The translations under genes and the position numbers were made by a program. Source: Marsupella aquatica (lineage: Eukaryota; Plantae; Marchantiophyta). Taken from it: DNA of 64,000 nucleotides. The DNA lies in the NCBI GenBank assembly GCA_973895155.1, contig OZ316897.1, positions 6,934,470 to 6,998,469 of the forward strand. The letters are read 5' to 3'. Positions 10,001-23,459 of the stretch are shown here, in pieces. How positions within the stretch are numbered: position 1 is the first letter of the stretch; each line of letters begins with the position of its first letter. The notes under the pieces are model-generated. The model was not told where the DNA came from and did not search any database. It saw nothing but the letters and a program-made list of their open reading frames with translations.

Positions 10001-11680
10001 CTCGAACAGACTTACGCCAAGATGAACCAGATGGAGTCTGTCATCATTGCAGAGCTCGACAAGGAGCTAAGAGCAACCCAGGAGGAGAGGGCTACCTTGA
10101 AGAAGGAATTGGAGGAAGCCCACAGGGAGCAGGAGGAGGCCAAAAACGAGCTGGAGGGGGCACGTAAGGACCTGGATGAAACCCAAGAGGAGTTGGAGGA
10201 AATCACGAGGAAGATGGAGAACCTACAGCGGCGGGCCGACAACCAAACAGAGCGGCTGAAGAAACAAGCCGCAGTATTTAAATGCTTAGCTGCAGCAGGT
10301 CCATCTCCCGTTGGGACAAACCAGTTACCAGGGGTGGTAATTGCCGAAGGACAAGCCGCGCCACCTGCACCAGTGCCGGAAGTAAGTGGGAAGGGGAAGG
10401 GACCAGCTGCCGAGCCACCAACGAAGAAGAAGCGGAAACCTTCAGGGTCAAGGAGTAATACGACTTCACAGGCCGTGGTGATCAAGGAGGTAGACCCAGC
10501 ACCGACCCCAGACAGGGTCACGGCTAAGGATCCAACTACCCTAGGGGAAGGGGAGGCCAAAGCCGAGGGAGTGGCTGAGGCCGAAGCCGTGGGTATTGCC
10601 GAGGCCGGTGTCGAGGCTGAAGCCGAAGGTGGACCCAGTCAGGCCGATGGAGAGTTGACTCGGTCAAGGGCAGGTAATCTGTCAGTAGGCGGGCCAACGG
10701 CAGTGGCTGAGGAGGAAGTGTTGGGGGCGTCCATTGAGGATCCACCACCGGTGTCGTGACGGTGCAAGGGCGCCGTTCCTTTTAGGGAGGACGGACGTGG
10801 AGGGAGGAGGCGTGAGTGGGCAGGGCGGACGCGGATCTCCACGTTTAGGATTAGGATCAGAACCAGGAGCGGCCCTGACACTTAGCTTAGTGGGATTGCG
10901 GTTCCACTGGTAGGAGCAACACTTGTGCTCCTGCCTTGCTGTACATAGGTAGATTTGGGCAAGTAGATTACTGTCAGGTAGATTAGGCTTACGATGCAAA
11001 GAATGGCGGATCCACTACCAGGATAAGTACCTGGGCAGCGGGGAGCTCAGGGCCTCTTCTTTAGCAAGTTTTTAGTTTGCACCAGCCGGGCTGGGATCAA
11101 GTAGTACGAGAAGCTCTCGGTTAGTCATACAGTGACCCTTGTGTATATTCATGTTTCCTCATGCCTAAGAGCTGAATAGAGTTGGCCTCACGGCTTAGTT
11201 CGCAGAACTTGTGTATGAGATGTACTGTTTGTATGGCAAGTGCATGGTATGACTCGGTCAGAATGAGTCATTTTGCTATTTGTGTGTCGCATTAACTTGT
11301 GTGAAGAGTGCCCACATCAACAGAAGGAAGGAAAGTAAGCAGGGGAGTGAGAGTTGGATGTGTCGAGCTGAGAGAGGTCTTAGCGGCTTAACCAAGCCTA
11401 TTGGGGATCATTCCGGCGGCGGAATCCAAACATACCTAACAAGACGGAGGGGAAGACAGGGGAAGACAGGGGAAGGCCTATATTAGGCCGGCTACGTATC
11501 TCATGACCCGATGAAGGATCTGTCCAGTATATGTGTGTAAAATGTTAATAGTAGTAGTAGAAGGTTAGCAGCGTCCCATGCCGCTAAGCCGCGGAAACGG
11601 CCTCGCCAAGCACGAAACCTGCGGGAATCGGCTTGAGCTGGGGGGTTTCTTGGGTTTAGGGAGCCATGGGACGCACCACA
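7045..11680 (+). repeat. 3' LTR of copy 1, 4636 bp, protein-coding
   Basis: TG...CA with imperfect inverted ends TGTGATGC/GCACCACA; same termini as the TSD-flanked solo LTRs at 24059-28544 and 31315-34007. Confidence 0.95.
7418..10759 (+). pseudogene. LTR-encoded accessory protein (plant transposon/Athila extra-ORF-like domain plus long coiled coil), one premature TAG at 9182-9184
   Basis: ORFs 7121-9184 and 9188-10759 are in frame; the codon is CAG in other copies; start at 7418 (MSNV) inferred from similarity to the family 3 N-terminus. Confidence 0.88.
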
Positions 11681-12039
11681 TTGGTATCTGTTCCCACCTT
11701 GAGTGCTTGCCTAAGCAGCTGACAACATTTGGTCTTTCGTAGTCGTCTGCCCAGTTCATTCTTGCAAATGAGCCACTATTCCTTGCGAGCGGTCCTTACC
11801 CCTCTCCTCCTCTGGTCTTCCCTCCCGTTGGTCACCCCGAGCCGCCGACGCTTAGCGCGCCCTAACCCTAATCGTGTTCTCTCCCCCGGCGTCCTTACTT
11901 CCGGCCTTGGCCCGGGTTCCATAGTCACCCTTAATTGTTTATATTTTCCTTGTTTTTGGTCCTATACTAAGGTGTTTCCAGGGTACACTCCTGCTTTACC
12001 ATGTAAACCGGGCTTAGTGATTCCTGGCTAGGCATCACA
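11681..12039 (-). repeat. First ~360 bp of an older family 1 LTR, into which copy 1 inserted
   Basis: Reverse complement of the LTR start; ends GGCATCACA at 12039. Confidence 0.92.
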
Positions 12040-12559
12040 CATCTCATCCTCCTACTCCTACCTTGGGCGGCCCGGGTTCGTTCACGCATCCACAATTTAG
12101 AATCATGATGCCTAATCCTAAATGGGTTGTGAAGAGGCAACCTTGGAGCCATCACTATAGACACGCACTCAGTGCCCTGTCATTTTATTATGCAAGTGAA
12201 AAATACACTCCCTGTTAAGGATTTCACCCCCGACTGTACTTGCCAAAAGACGTAGCATAACTTTCCAAAAAAACAAAAAAACAAAAATATAGGTGCCTGA
12301 GTCATGTACAATGAGACAAAATTCCTAAATGTTTGAGGGTGTCAACTCCTCCGCTGTCCTCACATGTACTGCCTCTAGCTGCACGTACATCCATGACCAT
12401 ATCAGAGTCCAATCATGTATAGTCATAGACACAGGTGCCAGGTGCGAGACCGGTGTGAGATGTCCTCATCTTACTACCACATCAAATACGGATACCAATC
12501 CTGTTGTCGATGCCACTCAGCCCTGAGGTACTCAGGCATGTACATTAAGTCATCAAGGT

Positions 12560-12885
12560 CTAAACCCTGTTCATGCCATGGTGGTCTTCGATCCGTGCCT
12601 ACAAGCAGTGGCAGCAGTGCCCTCCACGGTGCACATGTTGCTACCAAGTCCCTCCACTGGGTACTAATTAGTCTATATTAATTTGCAGATATCTTGTGCG
12701 CCAGACACCACAAGAACCCTCGGCCAGACATGTGTAAGAACTATATCATGTGCCAAATCAGGCAACAAGGAACCACCTACAGCATCGTGCTTGTCTAACT
12801 CATTTGCTGAAAAGTAAATGTCCTCTTCGGACTGTGCATCCTCATTCACCACAGCATTCACAACACATCCAAGTTCTGCAGGCAT
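12560..12885 (-). pseudogene. F-box-like gene fragment
   Basis: LLPDLAHDIVLTHVWPRV...DICKL then, after a frame break, TQWRDLV, resembling an F-box motif; ends approximate. Confidence 0.45.
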
Positions 12886-13187
12886 TATCTCGGATGGAGC
12901 TACACTCTATCTGGTTACCAATCCACACATGTAAGCCCAAGCAGTAGCCATGCATGATGCAACCCGTAGGAGGACCCTACATAGGGCCTGTCGGGCTAGA
13001 AGAGGCAGCATACCCACCAAAGTCTTCAGCCAAATAGAGCCCAGCAAGTAGATTCACAGTCACACCCCACGCAGCTGGAAACAACAATCACTTCAACTAC
13101 GACCAGCCATGACAAGATGAGTTAGTTCAAGCATCACATTTATTACAAAATTGTGATTTATACAAAAATATGAGGGACTCCTACTCC

Positions 13188-14063
13188 TCACTCTCTCCCA
13201 CCATTGCTAAGCATACATCTCTGCTGAATCTTGGAGGGCCAGGCCTCAAAAATATCAAAGTCCCAAGCATTCTGTCGCTTCCATCTCGCTGCTGATTCCA
13301 AAAGCCAATCAAGGGAAAGCACCCAAAGATTGTTGTTCATGACAAAATGACGCACTATTGTCTTAAAGAATTTTCTGCATATTTTCATGTATGACAGACC
13401 TACAACATGAGTGGAGGTTTGTGTTAGACTCTCCTCCACTATCCCACCTAGCTCAACAACTATGGACTTGTACAGTCTGCACTTAGTCTCCCCAATTCCC
13501 TCTTCTACAAATACCATACTGAACCCCTTCATAATGGTATTTCTCTCCTTGCCATGCTCATTCAATATAGCATCTGCACGCATAGGATGGTGTCCTATGT
13601 TGACAACAGGTCCATATCGGACAAAAGAAAAGTTGGGTTTCTCTACCGCTGCTTCATAGGCTTCCTTTTCAGCCAAAGCCTCTGCAGTGGCCTCCTCACT
13701 CACCCACAACTCATATTGCTCAGTACTCTATGCACACCTATGTTTAACAGAATTGGTCAGCCAAGAGGCTTCAACTACTTTTAGACCTTGGTTGGTAATG
13801 GCAGAATCAATGAAGGACCATGACCACTTGTTCATCACATCCAGCCATGTCCCGGCAACAACATGTGTAGTCTATGGAGTGATGGCCTTGACTTCAGTCC
13901 CATGGAACTCTGAGAATCGTTTTTGTACGATTGGCCAACTCACTTGGGTGAACCCATAGTGGCCAGGAATCAAAATGGCTTTGATTCCAGCCATGCAACA
14001 GAGGCGGGTGGTCAACCTTTGTACGTTTCCTAGAGGCCATGTACACACACCCCACCTAATCAC
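13188..14063 (-). pseudogene. Tandem BRCT-domain gene fragment with two in-frame stops
   Basis: ORFs 13872-14063 and 13188-13709 share a frame; repeat 1 FHGTEV...TTHVV...VVEASWLTNS, repeat 2 LGGIV...STHVV...VLSLDWLLES. Confidence 0.7.
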
Positions 14064-14638
14064 TGCAGATCGGAAGATAATGCGTTCACCTGATAATCGG
14101 AGGGCCCCTAAAATGCTGCGTTTATAACTTGGTCCAGTCCAGTCGTTTGGTGAGTCTCTGCTCCGATTCCAAATGGGAGAAATATTGGGACAAACATACT
14201 AGACACCTGCAAGGATGCACCTCATAGTTTGAGTATGTGCCTTCACAATATTGAAGGTGACAAGTACAATTGTTTTGTGATGCCACATACAGATGTTGTA
14301 AATGGGCAGACATTCAATCAGAATACAAAATGTTGGTACACTTTAAGGGAATTCTCGCAAATTAAATAGCCTTGTAACTTATATGCTCATAATGAGAAGT
14401 CCTGATTTAATTTAAGCAGTGTCATGTAAGTCGTGATCAAAATGATTGCAGAGTTAAAAAAGTTCCTAGAAGGCTTAAGGGGAGTTTTTGAAGGCATGTA
14501 CCCAGGAACAAGTAATGAACTTAGGGTACTTGTTGCCTAAGCATCCTCTCCTACAGAGCTCCTTCTTCTCAAAATTGGAATGTCTGCAATCTCCAAGGTA
14601 TCCACATCAGGTGCACTATGCATATACATTATTCAGGT

Positions 14639-15319
14639 TCAAAGCCAAGAAATGTGATCTCTCATGGGAGTGTGCAAAGTAGGATCTATGGCATGGCGAT
14701 GACAATAGAAGATCCATCGATCAACACCATGTGCAGAGTGATGATAGATGTGTCTATCACAAGCATAGCCTTCTGCTTGAACCTCCTTCAAACAATGAAA
14801 GTGCCACATGGTGGGACACCTAACACAGTGGACTATGTCCACCCAGAAATCTTCATCGTGCTGACCACATGCCTTGCACTTATGAAGCGGGCAAGCTGTG
14901 GCAACATCGAGCAAACATGAAAAACAAAAGAACCTCACACAATATCTATCAAGGCATTTCCTAACAAGTGGTGGAGCATCAACAGAGCCCTCATAAGACC
15001 CCAACATCCCACACTGTGCACACTTAGCCTGCTTCTCCAAACAATCAGCGCACATCCAGCCTCCCTGGTGTGTTGACGGGAGGCCCACCCCTGGACAGTT
15101 GTTTTCTGTAGCAAGGTCAAACTCCGGGTTGAGGTGGAAATGCCTCATGCAAGGGCCCTCACATATGGCTAAGCCCCCACCATCGTCACAAATGGCACAA
15201 CAATGAGCTGCCTTCTGGAAAATCTGACGTGCAGAGAAGTTACTACCATCTAGCCCAACTACACCTGTGTTGCTCACCCCTGTCCCCCGCTTCTTGGCTC
15301 GGATTTTAGGGCGTGCCAT
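14639..15319 (-). CDS. Multi-PHD zinc-finger protein, 226 aa (EDM2/NSD-type PHD cluster)
   Basis: CAICDDGGGLAICEGPCMRHFH...WMCADC...CAQCG...CPLHKCKAC...CVRCPTMWHFHC; intronless with basic N-terminus. Confidence 0.8.
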   Translation of the reverse strand: MARPKIRAKKRGTGVSNTGVVGLDGSNFSARQIFQKAAHCCAICDDGGGLAICEGPCMRHFHLNPEFDLATENNCPGVGLPSTHQGGWMCADCLEKQAKCAQCGMLGSYEGSVDAPPLVRKCLDRYCVRFFCFSCLLDVATACPLHKCKACGQHDEDFWVDIVHCVRCPTMWHFHCLKEVQAEGYACDRHIYHHSAHGVDRWIFYCHRHAIDPTLHTPMRDHISWL

Positions 15320-18300
15320 GCCTACGCATGAGACAGATAGTACAATTTAGTAGAGTGCACAAACAATACAATTTAGCAGTGACTATACAAAAAGTACATT
15401 GTAGCATATAGACTAGAGTGGCAATTGCTATTGCAATGAAATGTTCACACACAGATGTAGAGTAGACATACTTTTTGGTTTGTTGAGCCCACACTGAAAA
15501 CTGATCCCCTAGTACAATAGCTCCACCTACACCTCAATTTTGTGGCTATGATTCACCAAAGGAGATCTGCAACAAGATTTAATGCATTTGAATCACATAC
15601 AATAGTTGTGACATGTAAAATAGACATTTTTCAAACAGGATTGGTATCAAGCAGTGTGATCAGGGTTGTAATTTATACATCCTAAATAGGCTATGATAGT
15701 GAATGAGACAAATAAGTTAGGCATAAATAACTTTTTCCAGGTTATCACATGGCCCATTAATTCCAGTCTTTGAAAGGAGTCTTTTAAGTGAGCTTGCTAG
15801 CCTCTTAAATTAGGATATTCTACTTAGTGCAGCCATATTAGGATAAGTTATGTACTGTTGACCCTAAACCCTGGACCCAAAATTGCTCAAAATTCAAAAT
15901 TTTAAGTAAATATCCTCTCTGTTCAAGTCAAAGTGTTAAGTTATAGGTCAATGGTCTCTGGTCTGTGCATGCAGTGTGACAAGTGGTCCTCTAGAGCGTG
16001 TGATCCAAACATGTGTAGACACCAAAGTCACCGGTGGTGGGGTCTGGGAGGGCAGGACAAGTGACATCGCCAGGCACACTACAGGATGGCGAGTGGTTCT
16101 AGATGATACATTGTGCTTTGTGCAAAAACTGACATCCAAGAGAACGGTCATCCAACTCTGGGCCAAAAACCCTACAGGCAAGACAGTCATATTGGCAACT
16201 ATGCACACACCCTTGGCACCTAATTTGTGGTGGGTCATGTACAAGAGACACAAATACCAAGGATGTCGGGAAGGGTACTGAAGCAAGTAGAGGCTGGTTG
16301 TAGTTGTTCCTGGCAACAACAGGGTACTCAAAGTACCATGCAGACTGGGCTGGAAGGATCCCAAGTCTGACATACTCAAGGTGTAACATCTCTGCCTTGC
16401 GTGCAAGCCGCACATGTTCAGCGTTGCGGGTCCTCACCATAAGTGCTGGTTTTGTGGAGATGTCCTGTGTTCACGTCCTCTGATGAGCACCTTTGATCAG
16501 CAAGGTGAGCAGGAGTTGTACTTGCCTCACCAACAACAACCAACCTTAGTTAAATTATCAGTTCCCACTCACTGTGTCATTCCCTTGGTTCCAGCTAGAG
16601 GTCACAGTATAAACATAGCATGAAACACTCCTAATCAAGTTGCTTACAAACTACAATATCCAGAAAGAGTAAAAGTCTCACCCTGCAGTGAGCAGTAGAG
16701 AGGTAGTTCACTGGATATGTTGATGTGCAGTACAACCTCCACTATTGCTTACTTCTGGTGTATGCTACTCAGAAGAAGACATCTTAGTAGCAGAAAATTC
16801 AGAGTAGGATTCAAAATAGAGCTTGCAAGCGGGCTTGCAAGAGTGAATGAGCAGGAGTGTAGGCAGACTGGCATGAAACTCATCCATAAAATAGTTGGAA
16901 ACTAAAGAGTGGATGCAAAATGAAGCAAATTGCAGCACAGGTCGGCACAGGAAGTGGCCAGCAACACTCAGTCATACTTCATAATCAAAGTACAGACTGT
17001 GTTCACATGAAGGATCTTTCAAGAAAAGGCCCCACCACAAGGGGGTGGCAGAAAGCAGACAAGGCTTCAGGAAGATGGGAACACACTGACCCACTGCCAA
17101 GAAGAAAGAAAACCGTTCTCAACCACCCTCTATCATCAATGACAGGACATATATTCAAAAATGCAAGCTGCATATGACGGAAACAACAACATAAACTGAA
17201 TTCTCAACATAAACTGCTCATGGAGCTTTCGGGATCATTCCAAGAGCAAATGTCAACATGCCAATAGATGAAAACTCTGGCATATAGGGCATTGCATTCC
17301 ATAGAGACGTTTGCACCAAAGAATTGGAAGCAATTGCCTATCTGTTGGAAGCAGGAAACATATATGTAAATCCCAAGCCCATACTACACTGGAGATGATC
17401 ACCTCACGACAACTCTCACCTTGCAGCACGAAGATTCTCAAAGCGCACCAAGATGAGTCCTTGTAGCAGGTGAATGTTGGGCGGTGTCATCTAAGGCGCA
17501 AATCAACAGCTCGCTCCCTCCTGTCTCCCCGTCTGACGTATTTAAGCAGTGCAATTTAAACAGTGCAATTTAAGCAGTCAGATGCTACATAGCAATTAAG
17601 CACAAAGGCTAGTTCATGTCTTATTACATAGAATTTTGGATTGAAGTAATGAGAGCTATACATTTAAACTTACGGTGCCGACTCCATCAGTAGTTGCTGA
17701 AAACGGCATGGGAAACACTGGTATGACAGGAACTCAAGGAAACATTTGCGGCAATGTCTTCACAGGAAAAGAAGAATCGCTAAGTACAGTATTCTTAATA
17801 GTAGTTTTGTTCTAATTCTGAAATCTACACATAGGACGGAAACCCAGGACATTTCTCATGAAAATTGAAGATCCATTCGACAACTCCATGACAGCCTATT
17901 CCACATTGTGTCCGCCCCATGCAAGCGAGGGGTGTTCAGCCGAGCTTAGTCTAACCACGAATGATTGTTCTGGAAGCAGTTGCGACCTTGTTTTGGTAAT
18001 TTTCTTCTATCCAACTCAATAGCTCACAAACATGGCATTGGACCCATTAACAAATTATACTTGCCATCATTCTCAACTGTATTACATGGCCCACACTGCT
18101 GATGTCCCTGACTCTTAAGGGAAACTCATCTCCTCGGCCAGCAACATCTCAGATTCTACAAAATGACACTGTGAAGACTTATTGAAGTCCTATCCTGTGA
18201 TTGTAGCATGTATGATTCGCTGGGACTGCAAGCAGTTCTAGATCCTGCTGCACTTTATATACAACAGCAACTTGAGCTCCATGAACTTGTTTTTAATAGA

Positions 18301-19889
18301 TGTGCGTTTGACCACGGGTACAACTCCAAAACAATCACCCAATCAAATCATAACAAACCCCACCCGCAAGCTGAATGCAGAGGATAGAGACAGAGAAAAT
18401 CACCGGGGCAATGAAGTCAGATCACATGGTGCAAAACTAGTACTCAGCAGGGTAAGACCAATCACAGCAAACAAAGCACGGAGCTAGACCACCAAAACTC
18501 CAGCAAGACAGTGTCGTGTCCATTTATTTGTAGGGAATGAAGTCGGATCACAGAGTGCTTCACTAGTACTTAGTAGGGTAAGACAGATCACAACAAACAA
18601 AGCTAACACAACAAAGCACAGAGAGGAACAAAACTCCAGCAAGACATAAATCAGACCTTGCAGCCTTTCGACTAGCAAAGGGAGATAGTCTACGCTTTCC
18701 ATTGCTGGTCATAGCGCGACGGGCAATCAGGATGATGCCATGCCAAGTAGAAGAACAACAAAGCATTCTATAAAAAGCACTGAGGTTGGCGGTATAGTAA
18801 AAGTGGTAGTACTTCCAGTAGCGCGACCAACTCGCTAAGTGATAGTCCAGAGTAGCTTACCTCCGAGAAGAAACCCAGAGCAGTTTAGCAGAAATCCCCA
18901 AGAAAATTCCCACTCTGATGTGACAATACAAAAGGCAGTGACAAGCATAGGTGGTGGCAACTATCAAAGGCAGTGGCAAGCAAGCAATCAACGATGATAG
19001 CGACAATCGGCAATGGCGGTGGGAGGCAGCAATAGGAATCACCTGAATGAAGTACCAATCTACAGCGGGAGGGAATGTCAACCGTCTTGTCAATCGCAGA
19101 CCACCTCCGACCTCAAGGTCTCCCTCACATGAACACCTAAAATGTAAGCAATGACCCAATGTATCCTCCCTGATCACAGCTTCTCCCCACCCGCAGCTCG
19201 TCCCCACCCGTAGCTTCTCCCCGCATTGAGGTCCTCCTTGACAGCAGCTCTTGCAGCTGCTCTGCCCAGCCTCTGATGGCCTTCCATAATGTTTGCATAC
19301 AATGTCGCCTCCCTTCAAGCAGCTTGCCAATCCAATCGGCAATTTCAGCAGCTTCGACTGCCAGAATCGGCAATTTCAGAATCGGTAATTTCAGCAGCTT
19401 CGATTGCCAAGACAAATCTTAATGAATTTCATTGTGTTGGGGTTTTCCATAACTCTTCAGCCATAGGGAGAATGTGTTGAACCTAATCTACCATTCAATC
19501 GGGCAAGCTGTATGCTACAAAGGTATGACATTGCTCAAAATAGGATGGACCAGAGGAGATGTGGCTACTACGCAGCCAGCTGAGAACAGAGCGGAGCGGA
19601 TCTGCTCGAGCTCTGCTACTTGTTGTTTGGTTTTTGTGCATGAGTGTAAGGAGTGGGTGCACAAGCCAGGGCCTTTAGTAACCTATAGAGGCAATGAAAG
19701 TATTCAATAGACAACCCAACAAAACAATGTGGAACTAAAGTTGCTGGAAAAGGGATGAAAGAAGCGCACTTTTAGCTGCATTAATTGTTGGGACTAACCT
19801 TTGGTTGATGACACTGATAACCAATGGCAGCACTGTCAACTGCTTCCTCCTAACAAACAACCAGCTCCCGATTCTGCAACTGCTCTTTA

Positions 19890-20210
19890 AGCTCCACGAC
19901 CTCCTTCACAATTCCAATGTCCACCTTCCGCAGCAACAATGATTGCCTCCCTGCTCAGCTTCCTTTCAATGCAAGCTTACGGACCCACTACAGTCCACCT
20001 TCCGCAGTGGTCGCCTTCCACAGCGCCTTCACAACTCCAATGTCCACCTTCCATAGTAGCAAACGATTGCCACCCTGCTCACGCCTCCTTTGAATGCCTC
20101 TGCAAGCTTAAGGACCACTGCAGTCCACCTTCCATAGTGGTCACCTTCCACAACGCCTTCACAACTCCAATGTCCACCTTCTGCAGCAGAAAACGATTGT
20201 CGCCCTGCTC
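19890..20210. repeat. Degenerate tandem repeat, about three units of ~125 bp
   Basis: CCTTCACAA(T/C)TCCAATGTCCACCTTC recurs near 19900, 20025 and 20155. Confidence 0.65.
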
Positions 20211-20214
20211 ATGC

Positions 20215-21308
20215 ACAAGGATGCAACTGCTCACAGCTTGCGTGAGGTGCTCGGGATGGCAAGAGTGTATACACTTAGGGCAGCATGGCGCTTGGACTGA
20301 TCGAGAAAGCACAACTGCAATGACAAACCCTTTGGCAAAACCCCGAACACCCGACCCAAGACCCCACCACCTTGTTTAGACCACCAAGTCACGATGAATA
20401 CTCTCGTGCCTTGCCCATGTAGTTTAGTCCGGCCCAAAAGTTAAGCGTAAACCCCCCACCCTTAAACAGAATTAGGGAAAGGAATTTACGAAGCCCTAAC
20501 CGTTGGGATGAGCCGTTGAGCACAGAAGCATATGTTCTGTAAACACTAGTGAACTCCAACAAGGCAAAAATGGTCTGGCAAACCCTAAGAAGGCAATGAA
20601 TGGTCATATTAGCACATACATGGTCGGCACATAGTGGCATTGTATTGTGCCGTAATCAGGATTAAGGTTGCCCAACATTATATCCGGTCCTAAAATGCAA
20701 GATTCCCGGTGCAAGAATGTGGCCTAGCTCTAATGTATGAAAAAGGACCGCTACAAATCTACCTTTGTGTATCTCGGCCTTTTATAGATGGATTTAGTAA
20801 TGGCCAATAATATCTTCACCATCCCTCCGTAGTCCACCCTCCATGAACTAAAGTGTTCTGAGTGACATATATTGTAGTGTCGCTAACCCTAAATTAAACA
20901 TGAACCCCAAACATTTTTGGTCACAAATAAGGCCATTGAATGAGTTATGCCCCTTGCTATCACCCTCTTTATAGAATCACCCCTCCTAAACATAAGTGAA
21001 CATTGTCCAAATTGAGTACCATTATAGCGGGATGTCTACGGCCTGAGGTCAAAACATCAGTTGTGTACCCACCCATGACCATTATCAAAAGCCAACAATA
21101 AAACCCATGATATGCTAGACTATTCACCCTTCACAAAGTAGCAAGGTTACTTCTCATAGTCTTTTAGAAAACCATAAAACACTCATAGTCTTTTCTAGTC
21201 TTCAACAAAACCGATGCAATGGGTGCGAGTCATTTTAAGTATGGAAAAATGACTTAGTGGGCATAGTCCTATGAGGTATGGTCTAAATTGCCCCGGTTTC
21301 TACTAGTG
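20215..21308 (-). mobile_element. CACTA (En/Spm) element A, terminal region; body probably extends left toward ~12040
   Basis: Ends CCCCGGTTTCTACTAGTG (reverse complement CACTAGTAGAAACCGGGG); inverted homology to 23792-24058 plus 28550-29467; other terminus not found. Confidence 0.8.
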
Positions 21309-21349
21309 TGGTAAAGTATGGGCAAGGTTAGTAGCTTATTTTGTAACAG

Positions 21350-22960
21350 ATGCTTCAAAAAAGAAGAGTTCAGAGATGACCGAGGCTAGGTTGAGTGTTC
21401 AGAACCCTAATCTGACAGGAAGGACCGGCACTGCACTGACGGCAAAACGTTTGGTAAGAATCAATGGCCTAGCTATGTAATTGATGCTACACTATGTACT
21501 GTTCACTTTGTTTTTTAGTGTACATTCCCTGAATAATAATGATAACTTGTGTTTGCCATGCATGTGCAGAAAGCCCAATTGGGGCAAAGCCCTTCAAAAG
21601 AAGAGTTGAGGGCTGAAATTGTGAACACCCGGGCTCAAGAGGGTGCATCTGAATCCTCCAAGCATGTAAGTTATATGAGTTCTGATTGGTAATTGAATGA
21701 CCTGTATTGAATTTCAGGTGTACACTGTATATAACATTGATTGTGCATATATTGCCCAACATTTCATATGGAGTGATTGAACCTATACCCCTATGTCATG
21801 TAGGGAGGTGGATCTTCACTTATAGAGATAAGTGGTCATTTGAAGGCTGTCAAAACATGTCTTCCAGAGATCAATGAACGTTTGAATTCATTGACTGACT
21901 TGTTCCATGTGAACTTCAAGACATTAATGGAAGTCGTTGTGTCGGTGAGAGATAAAATTGATTCCAATTCTGCAGGAGTTCCACCATCACCACTTGAGGT
22001 GGCAAAGTCGATGCACCCTTCTAGCATGCCAACGACATCTAGGCTTGAAGGTAAGGCCTTTACAACTGTGTGGGATATGATTATTAAACGTATAGTTTGA
22101 ATTGACATTGTTTATTGAATGTGTTATTTTCAGTAACATATATTGTGGTTGTTGTATCCATAGAGAATAAGACAGGTGCTGAAGAGAAGAAGTATGAGAA
22201 CCTGGCAAAGACTCGCTGTAATTTAGAGGCAACAAAGTTGCAGTCTGTACATGCAACTTGTTTGATAGAGGGCAGTCAACCATGTTTGGATGAGGATGAC
22301 ATTGGCAAGGGAGTGGATGATATCAATGTTGGGGCAAATGAGGATGTCAGCAACCATGACAATGATACCATTGAGCCAGATTCATGCTATGTAGATCTTG
22401 ACTCCGTTGCAGAGATAAATGATTTGCAGAATGTATCATTCTCAATGACAGGTGTGCCTCTTGTTGAGATAAATCCAACCAAAGAGTTAGTTGGTATGAC
22501 ACTCCCAGGTGAGGAACCTGCTACTGTGACAGTCCTAACAGAGGAACCTATTGAGCCTAGCTTCACTACTGTGAAGAGAGGAAGCATGCGCACACGAAGC
22601 AAGTCTGCTGGTGGGAGCAGAGCCATGTCAAAGGTTTCATACAAACCTCCAAGAACGGTGCTGGCAAAAAGATCTAAGGTGGAAGTGGGGAAAGCACCTA
22701 ATGCTGAGGGACAAAGTGGCTTGTTAGCTGTTGATGAGAGCAGAACACGAGTAGGATTTGGCAGAGTGCAGGTTGGTTCTACAACGTTCCATGGCAAGAA
22801 GATTCCCCTAGGTTATTCAGTAGTGTTAGTCACATTACTAGTGAAACCTAAAGCTGTCCTTCCCATTCCAAACACAAATGATGATCCTCCTCAAAAGACA
22901 CTTGGAGATGCTGCAGGTTCTTTGGTATTATGGCCAAGCAAGTTCATAGAGGATCCATAA
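21350..22960 (+). pseudogene. 3' exons of a CACTA TnpA/Tnp1-like gene (element B)
   Basis: C-terminus VGFGRV...FHGKKIP...VVLV...LPIPN..DDPPQKTLGDAAGSLVLWP resembles the En/Spm TnpA C-terminal domain; intron-like AG/GT sites upstream; 5' part missing. Confidence 0.7.
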
Positions 22961-23459
22961 CAATGTCATGCCATTATTTGTTTGTAGTGTGAGTCATGTT
23001 ATGTAAATTTTAGATCTCAAGAAGCAGTACAAGATTCATGTCCTCTTGGAGATTCATAGTATCATGCATGTGCTTTCAGTTATCTCATCCTGCAGTCATC
23101 AGTTATGAGTTCATGTTTTGTCTGAATTACATTGATCACATTGTAAACTATTCCATTGGAATTCAAATGATCTTCATTTTTTAGCAAGATTGTGATTCTG
23201 TTTAATTCTTATGAATGTTTTATGTAGGATCTGCTTATATGATGCTTTGTTTCATGTGGATGTCATTCATGCTATGTTCATTTCTTGTATTCAATGTGTT
23301 ATATTTCTAAAGTTAGAACATCTGTGTTTCTATGTATTAAAATGTGGAGTGCTTTCTCTCCTTATGAACTGTCCCTCTGTGTTCATTAGTCAAGGTTACA
23401 ACTTGCATGTGAGCCTTATTAGTTATAAACATGAATATATAGAGTCCCAAATGGTTCTG

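Larger units (their letters stand above)
1..11680 (+). mobile_element. Ty3/Gypsy LTR retrotransposon, family 1 (non-chromoviral, Athila-like), copy 1; 5' LTR cut by window edge
   Basis: Order LTR-PBS-gag-PR-RT-RH-IN-PPT-LTR; 1-821 repeats at 10860-11680; no chromodomain and no extra archaeal-type RNase H visible in pol. Confidence 0.96.

Noticed and set aside
7418-10759. Calling the LTR ORF an envelope (env) or an SMC gene
   Set aside because: No signal peptide, clear transmembrane helix or Walker motifs seen; coiled coil alone is not diagnostic
11681-11692. TTGGTATCTG right after the 3' LTR, resembling a tRNA-Met PBS
   Set aside because: It is the reverse complement of the older LTR (CAGATACCAA) that was the insertion target; similarity is coincidental
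12153-12170. CACTATAGAC as the missing left end of CACTA element A
   Set aside because: Poor match to CACTAGTAGAAACCGGGG and no matching 3-bp TSD
16700-19800. Short ORFs and coding-looking remnants
   Set aside because: No domain recognisable by eye and many stops; needs a translated search
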